Assembly (NCBI GenBank): GCA_965262755.1
Contig: OZ253557.1
Coordinates: 718,619 to 782,618 of the forward strand
Reading direction: 5' to 3'
From: Alphaproteobacteria bacterium
Lineage (GTDB): Bacteria > Pseudomonadota > Alphaproteobacteria > UBA828
Length of the DNA stretch: 64,000 bases
Shown: positions 39,720 through 49,636 of the stretch, one piece after another
How the letters are laid out: each line of letters begins with the position of its first letter
How positions within the stretch are numbered: position 1 is the first letter of the stretch
Notes under the pieces: model-generated
Seen by the model: only the letters and a program-made list of their open reading frames with translations
The model's database searches: none
Told to the model about the DNA's origin: nothing
Program-made: the position numbers and the translations under genes

Positions 39720-40970
39720 ATGAAGAGTTCGCCAAAGAAGAGCTGGCTTACGGGCACAGCGGTTCGGAAGCGGTTGCCCGAAGTCGACCACCATACGATG
39801 AAGGCTTTGACAGAGGTCTGGGACGAAGTTGTCCATCAGATCATTGAAGAGATGTTGACGTTGTCCGAAACCGATGATGTCGAACTGCACATCAATGTCC
39901 GTGAGGACATGGTGATGGAACTTGCGCGGCTTCAGCATTGGCTGGCCGAGCGGGTTGTCGAGAAGCGGCTCAAAGGCCGAGAATTGTCGTCCATCGAACC
40001 CAAACAGGAGCGGGAGGAATGTCTCGGTTCAAAAGGCGCAGAGACAATTTTCGGCACGGCCCGGATAGTCCATGAGCACATCTGGTCGAAGCGCCTGGAG
40101 GAGCGATGGAAGCCGAAGTCGGTGAAAGCGATCGAACGCGAGGCGAAGCCCAAGAAGGCAACACTTGCAGTCAAGCCCGTCCGAAGAAACCACTTCATTC
40201 CGCGCTGGTTCATCCGTGACCAATGGGCGACCGACGGCAAGGTTCTGCGCTGGCGACGAACCCCCGACGGCTGGCAAGCGTCCAGACGAGGATTTGGCGA
40301 GTGGGGCTATCGGCGCAAACTCTACAGCGATCCCCTCGAAGCGTACTTCGGCTTGCTCGAAGGTGATGCCAAGCGCCCGATCGAAATGCTGCTTGAGATG
40401 CATCCCCTCAACGCTCCTCAGCGGGAAGCGCTTGCGGGGTTCCTTGTCATCCAAGTTTTGCGCAACCCCTACACCATCTCGGCACTGCACGGGGCGCTTG
40501 CACCCCTGATTGCCGATCTGGGCCACGGCGATGATTCCGAGATGCCCCGCAAGGCCTATGAATCCCTGTATCGCAACAACGAGTTCTATAATCGGATCGC
40601 GTCCCCGGTGATGTGGAGCCGTTGGGCGGTGGTGCGTTCCCGGCGTCCCGTGTTCGTTCTGCCCGACACGTTCTGCGCACGGGTCGGCGCGATGGATGGC
40701 ATGCGATTGATAGTGCCGCTGGCGCCCACCGTCTGTTTCGTCACCCTTCCAAGCCTCGAGCAGGAAAAGCGGATCGTTCCTTTCCATGTGCGCGCAGAGG
40801 AAGAGCTCTGCCGACGGATTGCACTGGTATTGGCCCAAGCGGCAGCAGACGAATTTCTGTCGCATCGGGAGTTCGTTCCCGTCGAGGGAGAAGCCGAGTC
40901 GCCGGACGATCTACTAAAGGGCATCGCAGAAGTCGTTGCCGCGACGGCTGAGGACGAGGAAGTCTCCTAG
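39720..40970 (+). CDS. DUF4238-domain protein with N-terminal extension
   Basis: RRNHFIPRWFI, LYS..LEAYFGLLE, QVLRNP, FVLPD, IVPLAP. Confidence 0.75.
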   Translation: MKSSPKKSWLTGTAVRKRLPEVDHHTMKALTEVWDEVVHQIIEEMLTLSETDDVELHINVREDMVMELARLQHWLAERVVEKRLKGRELSSIEPKQEREECLGSKGAETIFGTARIVHEHIWSKRLEERWKPKSVKAIEREAKPKKATLAVKPVRRNHFIPRWFIRDQWATDGKVLRWRRTPDGWQASRRGFGEWGYRRKLYSDPLEAYFGLLEGDAKRPIEMLLEMHPLNAPQREALAGFLVIQVLRNPYTISALHGALAPLIADLGHGDDSEMPRKAYESLYRNNEFYNRIASPVMWSRWAVVRSRRPVFVLPDTFCARVGAMDGMRLIVPLAPTVCFVTLPSLEQEKRIVPFHVRAEEELCRRIALVLAQAAADEFLSHREFVPVEGEAESPDDLLKGIAEVVAATAEDEEVS

Positions 40971-40974
40971 CTAT

Positions 40975-41558
40975 TGGCCCCTTGCCCTGCCCACCGAGGC
41001 GGAAGGCGCCAACGCGCTGCCTCTGCCTGATCGCGACGAGCGATGGGTGCGCGGTCTTTTCGAACGGGCGGTGGGCGGGTTTTACGGTGCGGTTCTGACC
41101 GGGTGGGGATGGCGAGTTGAGCCGGGCGGAAGGAGGCTCGAGTGGCCGGTCGAGCGCAGCACGCCGGGCATCGGCAAGATCCTCCCGGCGATGCTCACTG
41201 ACATAGTCCTCGATCATCGCCCTTCCGGCCGCAGAATTGTCATCGACACGAAGTTCAACTCCATCCTAACCCGCGGCTGGTACCGGGAAGAGACCCTGCG
41301 AAGCGGCTACCTCTACCAAGTGTACGCCTATTTGCGATCACAGGTCGGCCGAGGGGACCCGTTGCAGATCGAGCCGAGGGCGTGCTGCTGCACCCCTCTG
41401 TCGGTAGGAACATCGACGAGACTGCAATGATCCAGAAGCATGCGATCCGATTCGCCACTGTGGATCTGGCGGCGCCAAGCTCAACGATTCGCCGTCAACT
41501 GTTGAGGGTGGTTGAGCCTCCGCTCGACATCCGGGAGCGCGTGAGCCCGGGAAGCTAG
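40975..41558 (+). pseudogene. mcrC: McrC C-terminal fragment, frameshifted
   Basis: LFERAVGGFY, LPAMLTDIVL, IVIDTKF, LRSGYLYQVYAYL; next frame GVLLHPSVG...IRFATVDLA; no N-terminus or mcrB. Confidence 0.85.
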
Positions 41559-41627
41559 GCTCGTGTCGGCGGAGCGATGGCTTTGCAAACGCATAAGCAC
41601 TAGCTCCAGCGTGCTGCACGGTGTGTC

Positions 41628-44600
41628 TTACCGTCGTTCATCGCTACTACCAGCGACGTCTTGCTCGAGCTGTCCGGCCAGCGGGACTCCCAGACCAACA
41701 AGAGCGGAAAGGATGTGACCCACCCGATCCCGTAGCAGAGGGTCCCAGGCGGAGTACGGCTCCCGAGTCCCGATCCTCTCGACAACGACACAAAGGCGCC
41801 GGGCAACTTCGTTGTCCACCCAGAAAATTGTATTGTCGGGATGCTCCGTCAGCCATACCTCGGCGGCCGTGGCGATAAACGAGAGATGCTCGGGCTTAGG
41901 AGAAACTTCGACCAGATCGAGGACGAGACCCGCCACGAACCCGCCCGGACCCTCGATGACTAAACGCTCCAGGACAGGCAGGAACGGTTCGATTCGAGCG
42001 ATACCGGGTGCGAGAAGATAGCAGGAAGACGGCGGCAGCCGATCCCAATTGTTGAAGAAGAATGCGGCGATGGCCGATCCCATATGCACTTCTATCGATC
42101 TGGACGGATCCGAACTCCTCGATCTCCAGTCAGGGGTTTCTGACAGTCGCTCGGCGAGAGATGCGCGAATACGGACGGCCTCTGCTTCCGCCAGACCCCC
42201 GTTCCCGAAATAGACCTGATCCACGCTTCGCAGAAAATAGCCGGTCGCGTCAAAGAACGATTCATCGGGCAATGACCGGATTCGGTCTAGCGCCAGCTGC
42301 TTGATACCTTCTTCCGCCAATCCGGGCAGGCAACGCACGACAAGGTTGAAGTACGCCACATTCCAGTCTGAGGGTTTCCATTCGACTCTGTCGCGCGGCT
42401 TCAGGTTGCGGCCGTTCGCGACCGCCGTCCATTCCGCATAGGATCGGGCGAGGTCCCGCAGCCATGGACGTGCCTCCACATCGAACAGGCTCGACGAGCT
42501 CTTGAGCCATAGGCCTGCGCTTCGGTCGTTTAGAAACTCTTCCGTCCGCGGTCCGGCAGCCGGACGGCTGATCTCTTCCGACAGTTCCACGGCGATGGGC
42601 GGTATCCGCAGACCCTCGGCGCGGGCGGGCGACACCATCGGGAATGCCGGCCAATCGGGTTCATCACCGTGGCCAAACAACCAACTGCATTCTGTGTCGA
42701 TCGCCGACCGGACTCGCCGCTCGATCTCTGCGTGCGGATGGTCTCCGGAATATTCCCGACGCAGGCGAATACAGGACACAAACGCCGTTCGCAGCAATGC
42801 GCGCGGCAGGCGCTCATCCACCCTCGCGATCATCTCGGCGGCCGCTCGGAACCCGGAAGCCGCCAACAAGTCCCGGCGGGACACCGCTCCGAGCAGGGAG
42901 CGGACATCCGCCGGATCGATTCCTCCCCGAAGCAAATTGGCAATGCCGACGAATGCCATCGCAACTGGATTGGATCCGACGTTCAATCCGGGAACGAACC
43001 GGGTGCCCGTTTCGGCAGTGAGCGCTTCCAGGAATACACCTCGCGCCCACTCGCGGTGGCGGGCGCGAAGTTCCCCATCCCCGTCTCGCACCGCGACGAC
43101 CGCCGCCGCGGTTCTCGCCAGGTTACGACGCCCGATGTCCTCCCCGCCGTCACCAACCGTCGGAGGAGCGGGGCGGAGCACCCATTCCATCGCCCGCGAC
43201 GCGAACTCCGACGATGAACGGGATTTCTCTTCCACTGCCGCGGGCAGGGAAAGTTGCATGTCCTGGTCGGCCATGGCTGGAGAAGCTGCGGCCCTTAGTC
43301 TTTCCAGATGCGCCATTTCCTCCGGTGGGGATACGTACTCCCAGGCGCCAACCGACTCGCCACCTGAGCCGATTGTTGATGTCTTCCGCCAATTGGCCGG
43401 ATTCAGCTCGTTCAGCGCGTGGGCAGCCATGAACTCCGGGTGCTGCCTGTCGGCCTGCTCCCCATACGGACCGAGCCGTTCGACGGCCCGTTGGATCAGC
43501 CCCGCAAGCTCAACTCGGAGCTGAGTTGGCCCGGAGACCGCATAGAGGCCGAGAAGGGAATCTAGCGAGAACCGCCGGGAAGGACGCGATTTCAAGCTGT
43601 CGAAACCGGATGAATGACCGGTTGCCCTCAACAATACATCCAGCCCAAGAACGTCCGGTATGGGAACTTGGTCAGCTACCGTCCTCTGAAGATCGAGACA
43701 CAGGAGTTCGGGGCAAGCGAGGAATGGAATCGCCACTTTGCGGGACTTGGACCAATGAGACAGTACGAGATCAACCGCCACGAGCAGGTAAGCGGCCGAA
43801 CCGCCCGCTGGCGGCAGCAATTCGGCGAGCACCGTCTCGACATCCTCACCCTTATCGATCCGGCGGTGCGCCCAGGTCTCCAACGCCATCAATGCCGACT
43901 GGACGCAAGGGTCGCCGTTCCCCCAATCGCGGGACCATGCGTAGGTTTCCGTCAATGAAAAGACGCGCGCGCTATCGGGGAATGCAACCGTCATTGCGTC
44001 CGCACCATCCGCGCGGCCTCTACAACGAACCGATATCGCATGATCGACAAGCCGGCGAACCAGTTTCAATCCGATTGTAGGAGCGTGCTCAAGAAGAGCA
44101 AGAAATGGACCGTGCTCCGGCGATGGCGGAACAAATCCAATATCGTTCGAGTCGAATGGCTCGCGCCTGGGATCATCCCATCTTGATGGGGGCAGGTCAC
44201 TGAGCGATGCGGGCATGCCCAGCGGGTGCGGATATCTCCGGTCTTCCCTCCGTGGGATCAGCACGGCAACGGTCAGCTCCGCAAGTTCCTCGGGCGCCGC
44301 TTGCGCAACGTAGGGACTGAATTCCCAAACAGACCTTATTGCTGCGCCGTGCACGTCACATTGCATCAACAAACGGAGATAGGAAGCGGCAAGCGATGGC
44401 GTGCCACGACAGACGACGAGAAAGCCCGTACGAAGATTGGAAGCGAGAGGATCGGACTGATGCGGATCGATCCCTTCCAGCCGGCGGTAAAACCAATGCG
44501 CCAACAAATCACTGAGTTCGCGGTGGTCGAAAACTCCAACGCACGAAGCCGTAAAGAATTCGGCCGCATCTTCCGTCACGGCCTCTGGAAGATCGTCGCC

Positions 44601-46757
44601 AAGGGCGAGCATCCTGAGGATGAGGCGGGTCCACGAAGGGCCCGATGGAATGTGCAGACCCGCTGCGGCTTCCGGAACCGTGATGTCGGAACCGGCCAGA
44701 TGCGCCGACAACGGTCGGACTTCAACGGCCTTTACCGTTCGGATCAACTCTATGAGCATTCGCGCATCGTCCGCCAACACGGTTGCCGCAACCCGCGTCA
44801 GCAATTCTTCTCCGATTTCGGACCGCACGACCGCAAGCAGAACGGCGCGGCGCCACGAACCATGCATTCCTTCCCGGCTGACATCATGGAGAAGACAGCG
44901 CCAATCGGCATCGTCCGCGCTTCGTTCGAGCTTCATGCGGGCAGCCAGTTCGAAGCCACGCGCCAGTGGGGCGGGCGCAGGACGATCCAAGGGAAGGATG
45001 GCCGCGAAGTTGAGATCCTCGCAGAGCAGACTGGCGACAGCCCAGTCCCGCAATATGTCATGGCGAAATGCCATTCGGTCGCTACCGAGATCGCGCAGTG
45101 TCCCGCTCATGACCAGCGCGTCCACCGCCGCCTCGGGATGGACCTCGGCATTCAGCGGTTCCGCGGCCAACACCTGCCGCGCGAGCGTTCTCAGTATTCT
45201 GGCTCGCTCGCGCCTGCCTTCCATCTTTCCGTCTGCCGTTCGCCACCAGTCCGCCGCCATGTCGATTTCGGTGCGAACCGGCGTTTCGCCAGCCCGTCGC
45301 CGGGCCAGCCGTTTCAATCGAAAAAGGTTCCGAACGACGGCTCTTGCAGGATGAGTGTCGGCCAGGAGCGGCGTGAGCTCGGGTGCAGCGTGGCGCAACT
45401 CGGAGACTTCATCCTCGCTTACCTCTCCGATCGTCACGGGAACGCGGCCAAGACGGTCCAGCGCATCGGCCGGCAACCATTCCGGCTCATTGTCTTCGCC
45501 ACCGAAGCCGCGCCGCGTCGTGGCGACAACTGAGAATCCTGGGATTTCGGCGGCCTCGCGGACAAGGTCGGCAACCGTAAGGCGCTCCTCCTCGGAGAAA
45601 TAATCCAGGCCGTCGACAAATAGAGCCGCGCCTCCACTGGAGGCCAAATCCACCAGAAGCGCGCGGGCCGTATCCCGGAAGGCAAGCGCGGTTCGCATCG
45701 CTCCCCAGCCGCCAGCCCTCACGCGGCCGGGGCTCAATACGACTATGCGCGATTGCGTGGACCGCTCCTCGGCGAGGCGTTTCAACAACCCCGACTTGCC
45801 GACGCCCGGTTCGCCGCGGATCTCCAGGTAACGGCCTTGATCGAGGGCCGTGCGGATCGCCGCCAAATGCTCCCCCCTCACCAACCGGACTTTCCCGACA
45901 CGATCCGCGATGTCTTCGAGCGCATGGCGGGCGTCTTCGGCAATTGCGCTGCGGGCGGACGAATACCGGCGTTCGCCTACCAAACTGAACCCGCTATCCC
46001 GCACCTTCTGCACCAACTCGTCGCGGTCGAACTGTCCTCCACTGGTCGCCGCTTCGATCGCGAGTTCGACAAGATACCGCCAGAGCGCCTCCGCTCTCCC
46101 GGTATCATCGGGATGAAGTGCATGGGCGGCCCGCTCCAGTTGCCACGCTTCGTGCGCCGATCCTTGGGCCGTGAAGTCGAAATGCAGGATTTGGAACCGC
46201 GACAACAGCCGCCAGACCGCCTTGGCGTCACTTGCCGCGCCGGCATTCGCCAGATGCGCCTTGAACGCATCGACGAACCTTCGCATGTCGTCGTTGGCAG
46301 AGTGCGGGCGCTCGATCCGGGCCGTGAATGTATCCGCGGAGCCCACCTGCCGTGCCCAGGTCAGAACGTCCCGGACCGGACCCTGAACATTGAGAGGTGC
46401 CCGCCCCAGTGCGACGGCCAATTCATGACGCCTGTCGAAGAAACCCGGCCGCTGCGATGCTTGGGCAATCTGGGCGACAACATCTCGAAATCCCTGGTCG
46501 GACTTCGTGAAACGGAGGCTACGCTTGGCCTGGATTTCGAGAACAGCGGCACTGCCGTCGGCGTCACGGGCGCGAACGACAATGTCGTCAAGCGGATGAC
46601 CCTCTGGTGCCCTCTGGAACTCGACGCATTCAATCCTCGTGCCAGGCAGCCCGCACGGTTCTGCGCCATTCAGCAAGGTCAACAGGTAGTAGCCGCCGAC
46701 CTGCCCTTCGAAACGGGCACCCGCCGGTCCGGTGGATGCCGGACTGCTCACGGTCAT
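41628..46757 (-). CDS. Cap4/Mrr-like nuclease + STAND-type ATPase + long helical sensor region (Avs-like)
   Basis: STGPAGARFE, HPLDDIVV, EIQAKR; Walker A GEPGVGKS; Walker B LFVDGLD; FRHDILRDWA. Confidence 0.85.
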   Translation of the reverse strand: MTVSSPASTGPAGARFEGQVGGYYLLTLLNGAEPCGLPGTRIECVEFQRAPEGHPLDDIVVRARDADGSAAVLEIQAKRSLRFTKSDQGFRDVVAQIAQASQRPGFFDRRHELAVALGRAPLNVQGPVRDVLTWARQVGSADTFTARIERPHSANDDMRRFVDAFKAHLANAGAASDAKAVWRLLSRFQILHFDFTAQGSAHEAWQLERAAHALHPDDTGRAEALWRYLVELAIEAATSGGQFDRDELVQKVRDSGFSLVGERRYSSARSAIAEDARHALEDIADRVGKVRLVRGEHLAAIRTALDQGRYLEIRGEPGVGKSGLLKRLAEERSTQSRIVVLSPGRVRAGGWGAMRTALAFRDTARALLVDLASSGGAALFVDGLDYFSEEERLTVADLVREAAEIPGFSVVATTRRGFGGEDNEPEWLPADALDRLGRVPVTIGEVSEDEVSELRHAAPELTPLLADTHPARAVVRNLFRLKRLARRRAGETPVRTEIDMAADWWRTADGKMEGRRERARILRTLARQVLAAEPLNAEVHPEAAVDALVMSGTLRDLGSDRMAFRHDILRDWAVASLLCEDLNFAAILPLDRPAPAPLARGFELAARMKLERSADDADWRCLLHDVSREGMHGSWRRAVLLAVVRSEIGEELLTRVAATVLADDARMLIELIRTVKAVEVRPLSAHLAGSDITVPEAAAGLHIPSGPSWTRLILRMLALGDDLPEAVTEDAAEFFTASCVGVFDHRELSDLLAHWFYRRLEGIDPHQSDPLASNLRTGFLVVCRGTPSLAASYLRLLMQCDVHGAAIRSVWEFSPYVAQAAPEELAELTVAVLIPRREDRRYPHPLGMPASLSDLPPSRWDDPRREPFDSNDIGFVPPSPEHGPFLALLEHAPTIGLKLVRRLVDHAISVRCRGRADGADAMTVAFPDSARVFSLTETYAWSRDWGNGDPCVQSALMALETWAHRRIDKGEDVETVLAELLPPAGGSAAYLLVAVDLVLSHWSKSRKVAIPFLACPELLCLDLQRTVADQVPIPDVLGLDVLLRATGHSSGFDSLKSRPSRRFSLDSLLGLYAVSGPTQLRVELAGLIQRAVERLGPYGEQADRQHPEFMAAHALNELNPANWRKTSTIGSGGESVGAWEYVSPPEEMAHLERLRAAASPAMADQDMQLSLPAAVEEKSRSSSEFASRAMEWVLRPAPPTVGDGGEDIGRRNLARTAAAVVAVRDGDGELRARHREWARGVFLEALTAETGTRFVPGLNVGSNPVAMAFVGIANLLRGGIDPADVRSLLGAVSRRDLLAASGFRAAAEMIARVDERLPRALLRTAFVSCIRLRREYSGDHPHAEIERRVRSAIDTECSWLFGHGDEPDWPAFPMVSPARAEGLRIPPIAVELSEEISRPAAGPRTEEFLNDRSAGLWLKSSSSLFDVEARPWLRDLARSYAEWTAVANGRNLKPRDRVEWKPSDWNVAYFNLVVRCLPGLAEEGIKQLALDRIRSLPDESFFDATGYFLRSVDQVYFGNGGLAEAEAVRIRASLAERLSETPDWRSRSSDPSRSIEVHMGSAIAAFFFNNWDRLPPSSCYLLAPGIARIEPFLPVLERLVIEGPGGFVAGLVLDLVEVSPKPEHLSFIATAAEVWLTEHPDNTIFWVDNEVARRLCVVVERIGTREPYSAWDPLLRDRVGHILSALVGLGVPLAGQLEQDVAGSSDERR

Positions 46758-47355
46758 TGATTCAGAATACCGTTTGGTTCCGCCAATACGTCCATGTTCG
46801 GTGATCGCGTCACCGGATCACGCGTACTCTATCGTCGGCATCCCGTAAACGGCTCGTAGCAAGAACCTGCCACATAGGTGCAGCTCACCGTGCCGGCTGA
46901 CGACCCGGTCGAATCTGGCGGTGTCTCCCCAAGTGCGAAGCTATTGTCCGCCGGTCTCCATTCGGGGGCTGGCGCAGGGTCGACTGGTGGGGGGTCTGAC
47001 GGCGCGAGCTGCCTCGCCTGACGGGAATTCCCGCGCCGTCTGACGGCGGATCCTCCGCCTCCCCGAACATCCGTTCCATCCCGTCGAATCGCGGTCCGCG
47101 ATTCGTCCGTTTCGCCACGTGCGGCGACCGCCGGGGCGGGCAATTCGCGCTCCTTCGGGGTGGTCGCCGGCGCGGAGGCGCCGCGACCTGTCATCGTCCT
47201 GTCCTCTCCTGTCCCCGTGAGTCCACTCCTGGGTGGCCGAACCGGGAATCGCAATTCGACCATGCCCGGCGGCCGTTTTTTTCGCTTCGATATCCGCACA
47301 TGCGTCCGCGCCGCCCTGGGCACGGGCGGGGGCCATCGAAGACGAGGAGACGGGA

Positions 47356-47580
47356 ATGACGGAGGACATCAACTTTCTGGACACGCAGCAGGCGGCCCGG
47401 TTTCTCGGGCTGTCGGCGAAGACGCTCGCCCGCTACCGGGTTACGGGCGACGGGCCGGTGTTTAACCGGTTCGGGAACCGGATCCGCTACCGGCGCGCCG
47501 CCCTGGATGCCTGGGCGGACGCGCGCGAGCGCGTCTCGACCGTGGACGACGGCGGCGACCGGCCGGGAGCGGACCGGTGA
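47356..47580 (+). CDS. RdfS/AlpA-like helix-turn-helix
   Basis: FLDTQQAARFLGLSAKTLARYRVTGDGP..FGNRIRY..LDAW; GAGGAG RBS. Confidence 0.88.
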   Translation: MTEDINFLDTQQAARFLGLSAKTLARYRVTGDGPVFNRFGNRIRYRRAALDAWADARERVSTVDDGGDRPGADR

Positions 47581-47921
47581 GGGCGCGGGCGAGGAAGATG
47601 CCGGGCGCCCGTAGCGACAGCGCGTCCGGCGCGCTCGGCAGGATTGCGCTGGCGTCCCTGGCGGTCGCGGCCGTTCTGGCCGGACCGGAGATCGCGCTGG
47701 CCACCACCGACACGACCTTCGGCGATCCGCTGGACACGGTGCAGGACATTGTCGGCGGCACCGGCGGGCAGCTCGCCGCGGCGCTTGCCGTGGGCGCCGC
47801 CCTGGTGGGCTCGGTGCTCCGCTTCAACGCCATGCAGCTGATGGGCGCGGTCGGCGTCGGCATCGCGGCGGGCGCCGGCACCGGCATTGTGACCAGCCTG
47901 GTCGGCACGGCGATCGTCTGA
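47577..47921 (+). CDS. traA: F-type conjugative pilin (TraA-like)
   Basis: Leader ending ALA, then TTDTTF and two hydrophobic helices; immediately upstream of traL. Confidence 0.7.
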   Translation: MRARARKMPGARSDSASGALGRIALASLAVAAVLAGPEIALATTDTTFGDPLDTVQDIVGGTGGQLAAALAVGAALVGSVLRFNAMQLMGAVGVGIAAGAGTGIVTSLVGTAIV

Positions 47922-48040
47922 TGAGCGAGTCCGCCCGCCACACGATCCCGCGCCGGCTCGACGATCCGGAGCGCTGGCTGTTCTGGACCGTCGACGAGGC
48001 CGCCGCGCTGATGGGCCCGGCCCTGCTGGGTCTCGCGGCC
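47921..48040 (+). pseudogene. traL: TraL N-terminal fragment
   Basis: IPRRLDDPERWLFWTVDE motif; similarity ends near 48040. Confidence 0.75.
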
Positions 48041-48184
48041 ATCGTCGGACGGCGAGAAGAACCCGGCCCGGAGAAGCGCGGCGAGTTCATGCGGCTGGAG
48101 GGCGCTGTCTTCCGTCACCAGCGGCATGGCCTCCTCGATCCAGGACCAGGCCTCGCCGGCGAAGACGACGTCGGCCGGCACGTC

Positions 48185-49078
48185 GAGGGTGTTGCTGTCG
48201 CGGACGGCGGTCTCGGAGATCGGCGAGCGGCTGTGGGCAGACTACCAGGAGTTCGCGGCCAGAGACCTGGGCGAGTACGACATCGTCTATCTGTTCGTCG
48301 ACGGCGTTGCCGAGCGCCTCCGCCCCGGTCAGAAGCGTGAGCCGGTGCTGGCGGCCTGGGGCTTCACGGCGAGCGGCGCCAGGGTCCTGCTGCATCTGAT
48401 GGCCGGCTCCAAGGAGGACGCGGAGACGGTGAGCGCCTTCTTCCAGGACATGCGCAGGCGCGGCCTCGGCGATCCCTTGCTCGTGGTCTCGGACGGTGCG
48501 CCGGGCATCATCAAGGCGATCGAGACCTGCTTCCCGCGCTCGGCGCGTCAGCGCTGTCTCGCCCATCGCATGCGCAACCTGGCAGCCAAGGTGCCGGAGG
48601 ACCTCTGGCCCGAGTTCAAGGCCCGGGCCACCGCCGCCTACCAGGCCCCGTCCCGCGCCATCGCCCGCGATCTCGCCACAGGCGTGGTCGCCGATTACCA
48701 GGCCGAGCTGCCGAGCGCGACAGCCTGCTTCACGGATGACTTCGAGGCCTGCATCGCGCACCTGCGCATGCCCATCACCCACCGCCGTGCGATCCGGACG
48801 ACGAACCTCCTTGAGCGGCTGTTCGTCGAGGAGCGACGGCGCCTCAAGATCATCCCCAACGCCTTCGGTGAGAAGGCTGTCCTCAAGCTCATGTTCGGCG
48901 CCATGATCCGCGCCGCCGAGCGCTGGCGGGCCATCCGGGTCAGCGAGCTCGAGCGGCGTCAAATGCACGCCGTCAGAGAGGAGCTCGATCGAGAATACGA
49001 GGCCCACAACGGCCTCGGTGAAAAAACCTCAGCTCCTGCACGCCAAACCAAATTATCCAGCACTTCTCGGACTTGACC
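48185..49078 (+). pseudogene. IS256-family transposase, 5'-truncated, with right end
   Basis: YLFVDG, VSDGAPG, QRCLAH, IRTTNLLERLFVEERRR; end ...CTCGGACTTGACC. Confidence 0.9.
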
Positions 49079-49309
49079 GAGTGACGCTAGGGGTGATCGC
49101 GAATTGCTTGTGTTCGGTCACCAAGCTGAGGGCGGGAGTCGTCAGCTTTGGCCCTGATCTGCTTCAATTCATGGCACTTCATTTTGAGGCGCTCAATTGG
49201 ATCTTCGAAAATTACTCTCTGGACGAAAGGTGCAATGTTAAGATTAGCAGAAAGATCGCTAAGTATTTCAGCGTGTCTGAGCCGGTCTAATAGCCTGAAC
49301 CGGGAGCCC

Positions 49310-49520
49310 TGACCTGCCCCCGTCGACTGGTCCGGTTTGAATGTTAGTGCATTGACGGTTTCTCGGCCAAGCTGGGTGGCCGGCGGAGCGTAGCGGAGCC
49401 GGGCGGCCAGCTTGGCGTGACGATCGTTTCCGGGGCCGGCGGCCGGTATCCCAGGCTGCCGTATGGGCGCACGGCGTTGTAATGACGCCGCCAGGATTCG
49501 ATCAGAACCTGCGCTTCCGA
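49310..49520 (-). pseudogene. IS3-family 3' remnant with right IR
   Basis: EAQVLIESWRRHYNAVRPYGSLGYRPPAP; end GGACCAGTCGACGGGGGCAGGTCA. Confidence 0.85.
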
Positions 49521-49524
49521 CACC

Positions 49525-49630
49525 CTGTTCGACAAACGGCGTCACCAACGACTTGGTGCTGGACTACGACGACCTGGTGCTGCACGGCACCATGGTCAAG
49601 CTGATCCCGCTGTCGGCGCCGAAGTGCTGA
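49525..49630 (+). pseudogene. 3' fragment resembling EipB/DUF1849 C-terminus
   Basis: NGVTNDLVLDYDDLVLHGTMVKLIPLSAPKC-stop. Confidence 0.55.
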
Positions 49631-49636
49631 GCTAGG

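Noticed and set aside
48040-48185. Minus-strand fragment ...ELAALLRAGFFSPSDD between traL and IS256
   Set aside because: Short internal piece of another gene; cannot be assigned from sequence alone.
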